Made by a program: the position numbers and the translations under genes | Assembly (NCBI GenBank): GCA_963663035.1 | Contig: OY760074.1 | Location: 1,152,001 to 1,216,000 of the forward strand | Source: Acidobacteriota bacterium | Lineage (GTDB): Bacteria; Acidobacteriota; UBA6911; RPQK01; JADFOI01 | Reading direction: 5' to 3' | DNA length: 64,000 bases | In this document: one piece after another, positions 39,683 to 48,767 of the stretch | How the letters are laid out: each line of letters begins with the position of its first letter | Numbering within the stretch: position 1 is the first letter of the stretch | The notes under the pieces: generated by a model | What the model was told of the DNA's origin: nothing | Databases searched by the model: none | Seen by the model: only the letters and a program-made list of their open reading frames with translations

Positions 39683-41983
39683 ATGACTAAGCAAGCGAGC
39701 TTTCAAATGACGCGTCGTGACCTGCTCAAGGGCGGCGGAGCTTTGGTGATCTCTTTTGGGATTCCGGCATGCGCTCTCTCGGCGAACCAGGGAGGCGCTT
39801 CACCTTCGCGGCCACCCTTTACACCTGACCAGCTGGATAGCTTTCTGAGCATTGGAGCAGATGGCAAGGTGACCGTATTCTTTGGCAAGATGGACATGGG
39901 CCAGGGAGTCGACACTGCGCTTGCCCAAATCGTGGCCGACGAGCTGGATATGCCCTTTGAGAGCGTCGGGGTGGTGATGTGTGACACGGCCCTGACACTC
40001 GACCAAGGAGGCGCCAGCGGCAGCTCGGCGATGTCCAGTGGTGCCTCCCCGCACCGAAATGCCGCAGCCGAGGCGCGCAGAGTCCTGCTCGATTGGGCTT
40101 CTGAGCACTTCAATGTACCTGCCGAGAGGTTGACAGTGACCGACGGCGTTATCTCGGTAGAGGGTAACCCATCTGACACCCTGACTTTCCAGGAGCTAAT
40201 CGGTGGAAAGTATTTCCATGTGACCCTGGAATGGAATGAGCGTTATGGCAATGGGCTCAACGCCACCGGCCAGGCCAAGCCGAAAACTCCTGATCAGTAC
40301 AACATCGTCGGCAAACCGATACCACGCCTCGACGTGCCTGGAAAAGTCCTGGGACAAACCACCTATTGCACGGACATAAAGGTACCGGGGATGGGCCACG
40401 GCCGGGTCATTCGACCGCCCGTTGCGGGCGCTTCGCCAACCGGCTTCGACCTGAATTCAATCAGCCATATACCCGACGTAGAGGTCGTACGCGTCAAGGA
40501 CTTCATCGGAGTGGTGGCTGAAGAGGAATGGAGTGCTATCCAGGCAGCCGAGCAACTCAAGGTGACTTGGTCGCAAGTTGAACCACCCTTTCCCGAGATG
40601 GAAGATCTTTACGATTACATCCGACGTACGCCCGTTATAGAGGAGAGTGAGCCTCGGGGTGTCGATCGGAACACCCCCGTTGACGTAGCAGCCATCGACA
40701 GGGCATTGGAGGGTGCGGCCCGGGTTATCGAAGCGGAATATGAGCATCCCTTTCAGTCACACGCCAGCATGGGGCCTGCCTGCGCAGTGGTCGACGCCCA
40801 GCCCGACAAGGCATCCGTTTGGACGGGTTCACAAAAGGCCCACATGACGCGCAACGGCGTGGCCAAAATCCTGGGACTTCCCACAGAGAATGTGCGCGGC
40901 ATCTGGAACCCGGGTCCGGGCTCCTACGGCCGCAACGACGCCGGCGATGGTGCCATGGATGCCGCAGTGCTGTCCAAAGAGACGGGCCGGCCGGTCCGTG
41001 TCCAGGGTATGCGCCATGAAGGGCACGGCTGGGATCCTAAGGGCCCGGCCTCGGTCATCACTCTTCGCGCCGGCCTCGATGCTGAGGGCAACGTTATCGC
41101 CCACACCTTCAAGGCAAAGGGTTTCTCTGCCTGGGACGTCCGTTCCAACGAGAGCGATCCGGGCGACACATTAGCTGGCTTGATGATCGGTTTTCCCAAG
41201 AAAACACGTTTTAATTATGGTGTACCCTCCGAGTCTTACGACTTCCCCAACAAAATGAAGTTCTGGCAAAACATTCCTCCATTTCTGGAGAAGGCTTCAC
41301 CCCTGCGGACAGCCCATTTTCGAGATCCCCAGGGCCCGCAGATCCACTTTGCCAGCGAGAGTTTCATTGACGAGATGGCGGCAGCCGTGGGTCAGGATCC
41401 TGTCGAGTTCCGTCTGAAGTATCTCACCAATGATCGCGATATAGCCGTCGTCAAGGCGGCTGCTCAGGAAGCCGGCTGGGAGTCGCGGACCTCCCCCAAT
41501 CCTAATGCAAGGAGTGGGGAAGTATTGACAGGCCGGGGTTTGGCCTACGCTTCGCGAGGCGGTACCACTGTTGCTGTTATTGCAGAAGTTGAAGTGAACC
41601 GCCAGAGCGGCCAGGTCTGGGCGAAGCGATTTGTGGTGGCCCATGACTGCGGTTTGATCATTAACCCAGATGGTTTGAAAAGAACCGTCGAGGGGAATGT
41701 CATCCAGGCCTTGAGTCGGGCTCTCAAGGAGGAAGTGAAGTTCGACCGCAACAACGTGACCAGTATCGACTGGGTTGGCTATCCCATTGCCGAGTCCACC
41801 GATATACCCGAAGCGATTGACGTTGTGATGATTAACAGGCCCGAGGTTCGGCCCACTGGTGCCGGGGAACCGACGACTCGGTCAGTTGCGGCGGCGATTG
41901 CCAACGCGATTTTTGACGCGACCGGCGCTCGCGTGCGCAGAATTCCCTTTACACCGGAACGGGTCAAGGCGAGCATGGCCTAA
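39683..41983 (+). CDS. Tat-exported molybdopterin-binding subunit (IorB/nicotinate dehydrogenase-like)
   Basis: TRRDLLK, MGQG, HASMGP, DCGLIINPDG, GAGEP. Confidence 0.9.
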   Translation: MTKQASFQMTRRDLLKGGGALVISFGIPACALSANQGGASPSRPPFTPDQLDSFLSIGADGKVTVFFGKMDMGQGVDTALAQIVADELDMPFESVGVVMCDTALTLDQGGASGSSAMSSGASPHRNAAAEARRVLLDWASEHFNVPAERLTVTDGVISVEGNPSDTLTFQELIGGKYFHVTLEWNERYGNGLNATGQAKPKTPDQYNIVGKPIPRLDVPGKVLGQTTYCTDIKVPGMGHGRVIRPPVAGASPTGFDLNSISHIPDVEVVRVKDFIGVVAEEEWSAIQAAEQLKVTWSQVEPPFPEMEDLYDYIRRTPVIEESEPRGVDRNTPVDVAAIDRALEGAARVIEAEYEHPFQSHASMGPACAVVDAQPDKASVWTGSQKAHMTRNGVAKILGLPTENVRGIWNPGPGSYGRNDAGDGAMDAAVLSKETGRPVRVQGMRHEGHGWDPKGPASVITLRAGLDAEGNVIAHTFKAKGFSAWDVRSNESDPGDTLAGLMIGFPKKTRFNYGVPSESYDFPNKMKFWQNIPPFLEKASPLRTAHFRDPQGPQIHFASESFIDEMAAAVGQDPVEFRLKYLTNDRDIAVVKAAAQEAGWESRTSPNPNARSGEVLTGRGLAYASRGGTTVAVIAEVEVNRQSGQVWAKRFVVAHDCGLIINPDGLKRTVEGNVIQALSRALKEEVKFDRNNVTSIDWVGYPIAESTDIPEAIDVVMINRPEVRPTGAGEPTTRSVAAAIANAIFDATGARVRRIPFTPERVKASMA

Positions 41984-41997
41984 GTTGGCCGGACTGA

Positions 41998-42726
41998 TCA
42001 GAGTGGCTTGGCCACAACCAGAAGAATGTTCTTCAGCTTCGGCATGAGTGAGCCGATCGAGCGTATGACGACGGCTCCCAGAAAGCCGATCACTCCTCCA
42101 GGAGAGACCCGGCCAGGAAAGATAATCTGCTTGTCGCAAATTTGATAGCCACTTTTTTGTAGGATTGCTTCCAGCTCATCCATACAGAAAAGGCGGTGGT
42201 GTCCATAATGATAGGGGTCTCCGCCCACGGTCATTGGTGTCTCATAGGTTAGCGAATCTCCCCGGCCGAGAATGCGCTTGATTCGGTTGACCGCGGACTG
42301 GCGATTCGGGGTCGTCACGATCAACAACCCGTCCTCTTTCAAGAGACGACGAATCTTTTTGAGTGTTCCAACCGGATCAGAAGTGAAGTGCTCAATCACT
42401 TCAGCCAGCACGACAACATCGAAGTTCTCATTCTCAAACGGCAATTCGTGAGACTCCACATTGAGATTGAGCAGGGGAATCTGAAATTGGCTACAGACCT
42501 GCTCGGCCACCTTTCCGTAAAAGAAATCCACAGCAGACACTCGGTGACCTGCTTGCTTCATGGCTGCCGCCAGGAACCCATACCCCACTCCAATGTCGAG
42601 AATAGTGAGGGGAGTGTCCTTGGGAAGGCTCTCCCAGATCTTGCGATAGCGGGCAGCATGGCGGCGAAAGTAAGACTGGCCGTGGGGGATCTGAGCAGCG
42701 ATCTCCCTTAGATTCATTTCAGTCAC
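41998..42726 (-). CDS. class I SAM-dependent methyltransferase
   Basis: LDIGVGYG, FDVVVLAEVIEH, LIVTTPN. Confidence 0.85.
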   Translation of the reverse strand: MTEMNLREIAAQIPHGQSYFRRHAARYRKIWESLPKDTPLTILDIGVGYGFLAAAMKQAGHRVSAVDFFYGKVAEQVCSQFQIPLLNLNVESHELPFENENFDVVVLAEVIEHFTSDPVGTLKKIRRLLKEDGLLIVTTPNRQSAVNRIKRILGRGDSLTYETPMTVGGDPYHYGHHRLFCMDELEAILQKSGYQICDKQIIFPGRVSPGGVIGFLGAVVIRSIGSLMPKLKNILLVVAKPL

Positions 42727-42780
42727 TCTTCAATGGTATGAGTCCTTTGTCTTGAAGAGCAATAGTCAGTTTCCCCAACC

Positions 42781-43482
42781 ATGACGATATCAATCGCAGC
42801 ACTGGTCGCAGTCAATCTCATCCCACTGGTCGGCGCACTGTTTTGGGGCTGGGATGTGGGGCTGATCCTGATCGTTTATTGGAGTGAGAATCTTGTGGTT
42901 GGCGGCTACAACGTGCTGAAAATAATGGTGCGGCCTGCTGAGCACCCGATTGTATTCTTTGGCCGGCTGTTTCCTGTTGCCTTCTTTTGTTTTCACTATG
43001 GCGCCTTCTGTGGTGTGCACGGCTTCTTTCTTCTGGCGTTCCTCGATCTGTCCGAGAATACCGGAGAGATCCTCTCGGGAGATGGATGGCCGTTTTTTCT
43101 GATCTTCATGCAGATCCTGGTGGAAACGATGAGGACCGTGTGGCAGGCCCGATCCGAAGTGCTGTTTTGGCCGTTAATGGGTCTTGTCCTGAGCCACGGT
43201 GTGAGCTTCATCCAGAATTACATCGGGAAGGGTGAGATCAAGCGCGCCACACTGCAGCAGCTAATGCAGCAGCCCTACAAGCGAATCGTGTTGCTGCACC
43301 TGGTGATCATCGCCGGCGGATTCGCGGTCATAGCACTGGGATCGCCGCTGCCCATGCTGGTGTTGATCGTCATTGGCAAGATCGCGCTCGATATCCATCT
43401 GCACCGCCGCGAGCATCGCCCCCAACCGGATGAGCAGTCCCTGGAGGAGGCGCCGGCCTCAACTGAGGGAGGCAGCGCGTAG
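42781..43482 (+). CDS. membrane protein (DUF6498-like)
   Basis: NLIPLVG...W...YWSEN, FFCFHYG.F..VHG, PYKRIVLLH. Confidence 0.75.
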   Translation: MTISIAALVAVNLIPLVGALFWGWDVGLILIVYWSENLVVGGYNVLKIMVRPAEHPIVFFGRLFPVAFFCFHYGAFCGVHGFFLLAFLDLSENTGEILSGDGWPFFLIFMQILVETMRTVWQARSEVLFWPLMGLVLSHGVSFIQNYIGKGEIKRATLQQLMQQPYKRIVLLHLVIIAGGFAVIALGSPLPMLVLIVIGKIALDIHLHRREHRPQPDEQSLEEAPASTEGGSA

Positions 43483-43483
43483 C

Positions 43484-43516
43484 CAACTTCAAGGCTCAAG
43501 GTTCATTCGCCGCAGC
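43484..43516 (-). repeat. kinase 3'-tail copy A (LRRMNLEP*)
   Basis: 28/33 identical to 44068-44100, the end of the intact kinase gene. Confidence 0.85.
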
Positions 43517-43609
43517 CCAGCCAGGCAATTGTGGACCGGTCTTTCCCCGGGTGCTATATTGAAGGCGAGCCACGATCATCCGCCTTCATTTTGATGGTCC
43601 TCTTACGCT

Positions 43610-43810
43610 GTGAAAGTCCGAGATGTGATTAAATTGATTGAGAAGGATGGTTGGTCTCTTGTCCGTACTCGCGGAAGTCATCGCCAATTCAAGCATTCCT
43701 CCAAAAGAGGTTTGGTCACCATTTCGGGAAAAGCCAATGATGATTTGGCAGCAGGAACATTAAATAGCGTATGGAAGCAAGCTAGACTGGAGCCTGAGAC
43801 AAAGAAATGA
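43610..43810 (+). CDS. hicA: HicA-family mRNA interferase toxin
   Basis: GW..VRTRGSHRQFKH...VTISG...DLAAGTLNS. Confidence 0.92.
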   Translation: MKVRDVIKLIEKDGWSLVRTRGSHRQFKHSSKRGLVTISGKANDDLAAGTLNSVWKQARLEPETKK

Positions 43811-44022
43811 AGAAATACTTGATTGTAATCGAAAGAACCGAGACAGGCTTTTCAGCCTATTCTCCAGACCTCGAAGGTTGTGTGGCCACCGGAGAATCAC
43901 GGAAGGAAGTGGAGACTGCGATGCAAGAGGCCATCTACTTTCATCTGGAGGGCCTGCAAGAGGAAGGTTACAGTATCCCCGAGCCTCACAGCTACTCCAC
44001 CTACGTTGACGTAGCGGTGTGA
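43807..44022 (+). CDS. hicB: HicB-family antitoxin (short form)
   Basis: FSAYSPDLEGCVATGES..E...AI..HLEGL; ATGA overlap with hicA. Confidence 0.92.
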   Translation: MKKYLIVIERTETGFSAYSPDLEGCVATGESRKEVETAMQEAIYFHLEGLQEEGYSIPEPHSYSTYVDVAV

Positions 44023-44072
44023 GTGTGTGGAAGCTCAGGTAAGCTTTTCATCCGACATAGCCCAGAACAACT

Positions 44073-46439
44073 TCAAGGCATTAAGTTCATCCGCCGCAGC
44101 AGATCCTGGAAGCGAGGGTCGGCATGGAGGGGGTCGAAGAAGGGATTACTTTTGATGAAAGCAACTTGGGGATCGCGTTTACCGACGGCTTGGGTCAGCC
44201 ACTCCAGCGCAAGATCCTCCTCGCCGACGTGCATATAGAGACTTGCTTTATGCCACGCAGGGAGTTGCTCTGAATCTCTGAGGGCCGCTATGGCCTCAGC
44301 TCGATTGCCGGAAGCCAAGGAGCGTAAGACAACAGGAGTAATCGATACATTAGGATTTAAGGAAGCCAATCTTTCTGACTGGGCAATAGCCTCTTCGTGC
44401 ATTCCCTTTTCCCAATACGCCCATGTAAGGATTTGATGTGCACCTGGGTGATCTGGATTCAGTTCCAAGGCCCTTTGTAATTGTTCTATGGCCTCATCGT
44501 ATTGGCCTTTCCAAAGGAACACTACTCCGACAAGCCTGGTTATCTCGGGTGAGAGGGGATCAAGCGTTTGAGCCTTACTCGCTTCCTCAAGCGCTTCATC
44601 TAACCGACTCTGAGTCATCAAGAACGCTCCGTACCAGTGGTGAGCAGTTGGGTAGTTTGGATTGAGTTCAATGGCTCGTTTGAGGTCGGCCTCAGCTGCA
44701 CTCCACTTCCATTCGTAAAGAGCTTTGATGTACCCCAATGAGGTGTGGGCCTCAGCGAGGCTGTCATCGATTTCCCGTGCCCTCTGTGCCGCGGCTTTTG
44801 CCAGTGGGAAGGCATCCTCTGGAGTGCGGTGGTAGTAGTAGGCAAGTAAAGTGTAAGTATCAGCAAGTCCAGCATAGGCCTGGGCATACAAGGGATCCTC
44901 GTCAATCGCCTCATTGAAGAGTTCAACCGCCCGCTCGAATCCGTCCCTGTTTCTCTTGTTCCACCAAAAACGGCCCTCCAGGTAGCTCCGATAGGCCTCA
45001 GGATCCTGTGTGCCCTGCTTCATCATCTGACTCTGGTCCTCTCCGCTGAGCTGCCAGCGAAGGTTGTCAGAGACTTCCATAGCGATCTTCTCCTGCACTG
45101 CCAGGAGTTCAGTTGCCTTTTGGTTGTACTGTTCGCCCCACAGCACCCTGTCGGCTTCCGTATCTATCAGTTCGACATTGACCAACAGGTCCTCACCCTG
45201 TTGGTTCAGCCTCCCCAGCAGCAAGGCACGGACACCCAACTCTTCTGCCACTTGTCGGGAGTTTATCTCTTGGCCTTTGTAATGGAGGACCGACGAAAAG
45301 GGAATGACCCTCACCTGCGGCAACTGGGAAAGGCCGTAGATGATGCTCTGAGCAGCCCCGTCGCTGAGATATTCCATTTCGGGGTCGTCACTCATGTTGA
45401 CGAAAGGTAAAACGGCAATAGAAGTGATGGCCTCCTCTGGTGAGGTGGAAGTAAACGGCACAAGCAATGCCAGAAGTAAAAGGCCAAGGACCACCACTCC
45501 CCCAGCCACCGCAGGCCAGAGGTAACTCCGCTTCGCGGGGGTCGCCGCAGCTACTGCTGAGGTGGCTACTGACTCACCTGATGTATCTCTCTTCAGCCTC
45601 TTGAGGTCCAGCAGCAACTCTTTTGAAGTTTGGCAACGAATCTCCCGATCTTTTTCGAGGGCTTTGTTGATGATGCCTTCTAACGGATCAGGCACATCTG
45701 GATTCAACCTCACAGGAGATGTGGGAGCCTTGGACAGAATCTCATTGAAGACAACCGCAGTCGTGCTTCCCTGAAATGGCAAGCTCCCCGTCGCCATCTC
45801 ATAGAGCACCACACCCAGGGAGAACAGATCTGTCCTGGCATCCAGCTCCTCACCCCTGGCCTGCTCAGGCGACATATAGGCTACCGTCCCCAAGGCGGTG
45901 CCAGGATTGGTGAGAGCCTCCTCCGGCACCTGTGCCGTGGGCATCTTCGAGTCCACCCCGGTCTGCTCCTGGGTCAGCTTGGCCAGTCCAAAGTCCAGCA
46001 CCTTGGCGTCGCCCCGTTGGGTGATGAAAATATTGCCCGGCTTGATGTCCCTGTGAACGATGCCCTTGGCGTGAGCGGCGTCTAAAGCATCGGCAATCTG
46101 AATCCCCAGATCCAGGATCTCATCCGTTGGCATGGAGCGGCCCTGGATGCGGTGGGTGAGAGTCTGGCCCTCCAGGTACTGCATGACAAGGTAAGGCTGG
46201 CTCTTATGCTGACCGATGTCGTAGATGGCACAGATGTTGGGATGATCCAGTGCCGATGCCGCACGAGCTTCTCTCTGGAAGCGTTCCAGTGCCTGTTTGT
46301 TCTGGGCAAACTTCTCAGGCAGGAACTTCAGGGCCACATTGCGGCCGAGCCTGGTGTCCTCGGCCTTGTAGACCACACCCATCCCTCCGCCGCCGAGCTT
46401 CTCTGTGATTTTGTAGTGGGAGATGGTTTGGCCGATCAT
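44073..46439 (-). CDS. Ser/Thr protein kinase with TolB-like and TPR domains
   Basis: MIGQTISHY...GGGGMGVVY, HRDIKPGN, DFGLA, TM, SIAVLPF, TPRs, C-terminal DPRFQDLLRRMNLMP. Confidence 0.95.
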   Translation of the reverse strand: MIGQTISHYKITEKLGGGGMGVVYKAEDTRLGRNVALKFLPEKFAQNKQALERFQREARAASALDHPNICAIYDIGQHKSQPYLVMQYLEGQTLTHRIQGRSMPTDEILDLGIQIADALDAAHAKGIVHRDIKPGNIFITQRGDAKVLDFGLAKLTQEQTGVDSKMPTAQVPEEALTNPGTALGTVAYMSPEQARGEELDARTDLFSLGVVLYEMATGSLPFQGSTTAVVFNEILSKAPTSPVRLNPDVPDPLEGIINKALEKDREIRCQTSKELLLDLKRLKRDTSGESVATSAVAAATPAKRSYLWPAVAGGVVVLGLLLLALLVPFTSTSPEEAITSIAVLPFVNMSDDPEMEYLSDGAAQSIIYGLSQLPQVRVIPFSSVLHYKGQEINSRQVAEELGVRALLLGRLNQQGEDLLVNVELIDTEADRVLWGEQYNQKATELLAVQEKIAMEVSDNLRWQLSGEDQSQMMKQGTQDPEAYRSYLEGRFWWNKRNRDGFERAVELFNEAIDEDPLYAQAYAGLADTYTLLAYYYHRTPEDAFPLAKAAAQRAREIDDSLAEAHTSLGYIKALYEWKWSAAEADLKRAIELNPNYPTAHHWYGAFLMTQSRLDEALEEASKAQTLDPLSPEITRLVGVVFLWKGQYDEAIEQLQRALELNPDHPGAHQILTWAYWEKGMHEEAIAQSERLASLNPNVSITPVVLRSLASGNRAEAIAALRDSEQLPAWHKASLYMHVGEEDLALEWLTQAVGKRDPQVAFIKSNPFFDPLHADPRFQDLLRRMNLMP

Positions 46440-46479
46440 CTGTTTGACTCTCCCTCAAAGCGGGTGTGATTCGTCCTAG

Positions 46480-46508
46480 ATCTTAAGCCTTAAGGGGTAG
46501 GAAGGCAA
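46480..46508 (-). promoter_or_regulatory. putative sigma70 promoter shared by kinase copies
   Basis: TTGCCT-17-TAAGAT. Equivalent motifs at 51099-51127 and 56531-56560. Confidence 0.65.
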
Positions 46509-46583
46509 TGGGAAATGTAGCGCGCCCGGCAGGGTTGGGACCTACTACAGGTGCACGATCCAAGATTCGCGTTTCCCAGATCG

Positions 46584-47690
46584 TCAGTAAGGTGGTGCCA
46601 GGCGGCGGAACCCGTGCAGCAGCACAAACACCAGAAGGAAGAGATTGCGCAAGAGCATGCCCGGCCAGAAATAGCGTACAGGAGAGCCCCTCTGGAACCC
46701 TTCACTGTTCTCTGCCAGTTGATCAGCAATTTCTCTTAAAATCCGGGCACCCCGGGGCCAATCACAGAGGCCATTGAGCCAATCCGCGGGAATCCCCCCT
46801 TCACCGGTGACCGCGCCTGCCAGGGCACCGCTTATGGCTCCTGTGGTATCGGTGTCACCACCGCAGCTCAAGACTGCACTTACGGTGTCTTCAAAAGAGC
46901 CGAAATGCAGGTACCAGGCATAAACCACCACCGGTACCGTGTGGTAAACATATCCGGAGATCCCTTGGGATAGGCCCAGTGAATCTGCAAACTGTTGGAC
47001 AGTGTGCTGCTGACCATAGGCGGTGGCCATCGATTCGAGTGCGGTTTTCCATTCTTGGTCCTGGTGGCCGGCCTGCTCAAGCAGATCCAAAAAGTCCTGC
47101 AGTTCCGGCCTCTCCTCCAGATTTTCCCGAATACTCCAGCCGGCGATCAGTGCCACCGCCTTGGCCCCGGTGAGGGCTCTCGGATCGGTATGGGTGAGTC
47201 GGGTAGAGGCCTGAACGTAATCATTCGTACGCTTCCGGGACAGGGCAAAGAAGGCTCCAATAGGTGCCGAGCGCATGGCGGGACCGTTTCCCGCCGAGTA
47301 GACGCCGCTGCGCAGTGGACTGATGAGCCAGGAACGAAGGATAGACCTCAGGGTGGCAAACCCAATGCCGGGCGGCAGGGACAGGAACCATCCCCTCAGA
47401 CAGCGGGAAAGTCGCCTTACGAAAAGCTCTACTGAGTCAGGATAAGTGAGCAAGCTCTGGGCTACGAAGACGGTATGGTCTGTGTCATCGCTGACCATTC
47501 CCCGGTTGAGCAACAGTCTCTGCCGCCAGCGGCCCGGGAAAAGCTTTCTGGAGCGTGAGGGAGAGATTCCCTCGGCCGGCAGGCCGATGGAGTCACCCAC
47601 AGCGGTTCCCAGCAGTACCCCTCTGAATCTGTCACGACGACTCAACTCCTTCTCCCCAGTTTCTCCTGTTCTTACCGTCGCGCAAAGCAC
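46584..47690 (-). CDS. ADP-ribosylglycohydrolase (DraG/ARH family)
   Basis: GTAVGDSIG, SDDT, GNGPAMR, TH, GGDTDTTGAISGAL. Confidence 0.92.
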   Translation of the reverse strand: MLCATVRTGETGEKELSRRDRFRGVLLGTAVGDSIGLPAEGISPSRSRKLFPGRWRQRLLLNRGMVSDDTDHTVFVAQSLLTYPDSVELFVRRLSRCLRGWFLSLPPGIGFATLRSILRSWLISPLRSGVYSAGNGPAMRSAPIGAFFALSRKRTNDYVQASTRLTHTDPRALTGAKAVALIAGWSIRENLEERPELQDFLDLLEQAGHQDQEWKTALESMATAYGQQHTVQQFADSLGLSQGISGYVYHTVPVVVYAWYLHFGSFEDTVSAVLSCGGDTDTTGAISGALAGAVTGEGGIPADWLNGLCDWPRGARILREIADQLAENSEGFQRGSPVRYFWPGMLLRNLFLLVFVLLHGFRRLAPPY

Positions 47691-48622
47691 AGCAGAGTCT
47701 TTGCTTCTCTTCTGATGAGGAGGAAACGGTCGTTGACATCTTCAATGCGACACTCCTCTTGAGTCTCTTCCGAGAGGGCTATCTTCTGGCAGATGTTTCC
47801 CGTTTGGAGATCCAGCACCCACAGAAAATTCCGTCTCGGGTTGGGTTTGACGCAGTTGGGCTTCTCGGGATCAATAGGGACGTAGGCTGGCCGGTCTGAA
47901 ACGAGCAGGAACATGTAATCGCCGTGGTGGCGGTAGGAAAAATAGTTGCCCTCAATGAAATGATTTTCCTTTTCCAGGTGGAAGTGCCAGAGCTGTTCAT
48001 CATCCGATCGACGGCGAGCCAGGTGAAAACCCTTGCTGGTTCTCTGCTCTCGGGGACAGTTCCTATCGGGAGAATGGGCCAGCAGCTCTCCATTTTCGAG
48101 CATCACCCTTCTCTTGCTGTACAGAATCCAGGACGGACTTTCATCCCCGTTCGTCTTCTTGAAGTGGTCTGAAGGAGAAACCTTGCGCAGAAATCGACCC
48201 GTTTTGACGTCTATGATGTCGCCCTGCTCACACAGGCATTCGGATCCTCGAACTGCCACAGGTTTGTCCCGCAACTCGTTGGAAAAGCCAGGAATGAAGT
48301 CCATCAGGCGAAGGAGCTTTCCTCCTTTTTTTCGGTGGGCCGTCCACAGGAGTTCGCCGGTCGCGAGGGAGATCCCATAGCAGCCCTTTGTCAAGGTCCA
48401 GGGTCCGTCTGAGCCCATTTCGCTGGCTACGATGACACTCTCGCTGACTCCGCAAATGGTGTTGGCCTGCCGAAGGCGATGGTCCCACAGGGGTTTGCCC
48501 GTCTGCAAGTCCGCGCAAAACCATTGGCCCAGGGCCCTGTCCTCTAAAAGATGGACGTGCCCGTACCATTGGGTGAGGGAATTGGAAGTGGTGTACTGCC
48601 ACTTGGCTTCTTCATTTACCAT
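47672..48622 (-). CDS. hypothetical protein with PQQ-like beta-propeller repeats
   Basis: DLQTGKPLW, SLATGELLW, DLQTG motifs. Confidence 0.6.
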   Translation of the reverse strand: MVNEEAKWQYTTSNSLTQWYGHVHLLEDRALGQWFCADLQTGKPLWDHRLRQANTICGVSESVIVASEMGSDGPWTLTKGCYGISLATGELLWTAHRKKGGKLLRLMDFIPGFSNELRDKPVAVRGSECLCEQGDIIDVKTGRFLRKVSPSDHFKKTNGDESPSWILYSKRRVMLENGELLAHSPDRNCPREQRTSKGFHLARRRSDDEQLWHFHLEKENHFIEGNYFSYRHHGDYMFLLVSDRPAYVPIDPEKPNCVKPNPRRNFLWVLDLQTGNICQKIALSEETQEECRIEDVNDRFLLIRREAKTLLCFARR

Positions 48623-48767
48623 AAAAACATTATAGAAAAGAAGAGGGGGGGAGCGGGGAAGAGCGGGGCGCGCCAGCCTTGACAGTCCCACCTGCCTTGG
48701 ATATAAATTCCCCTAATTCATGCTTGAATTCCAAAACTTAACTTCCGGAAACGCGTTGAGGTGTTCT

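Noticed and set aside
43480-44100. Integron attC sites around hicAB
   Set aside because: No RYYYAAC...GTTRRRY palindromic structure and no integron integrase. The repeats are kinase coding tails.
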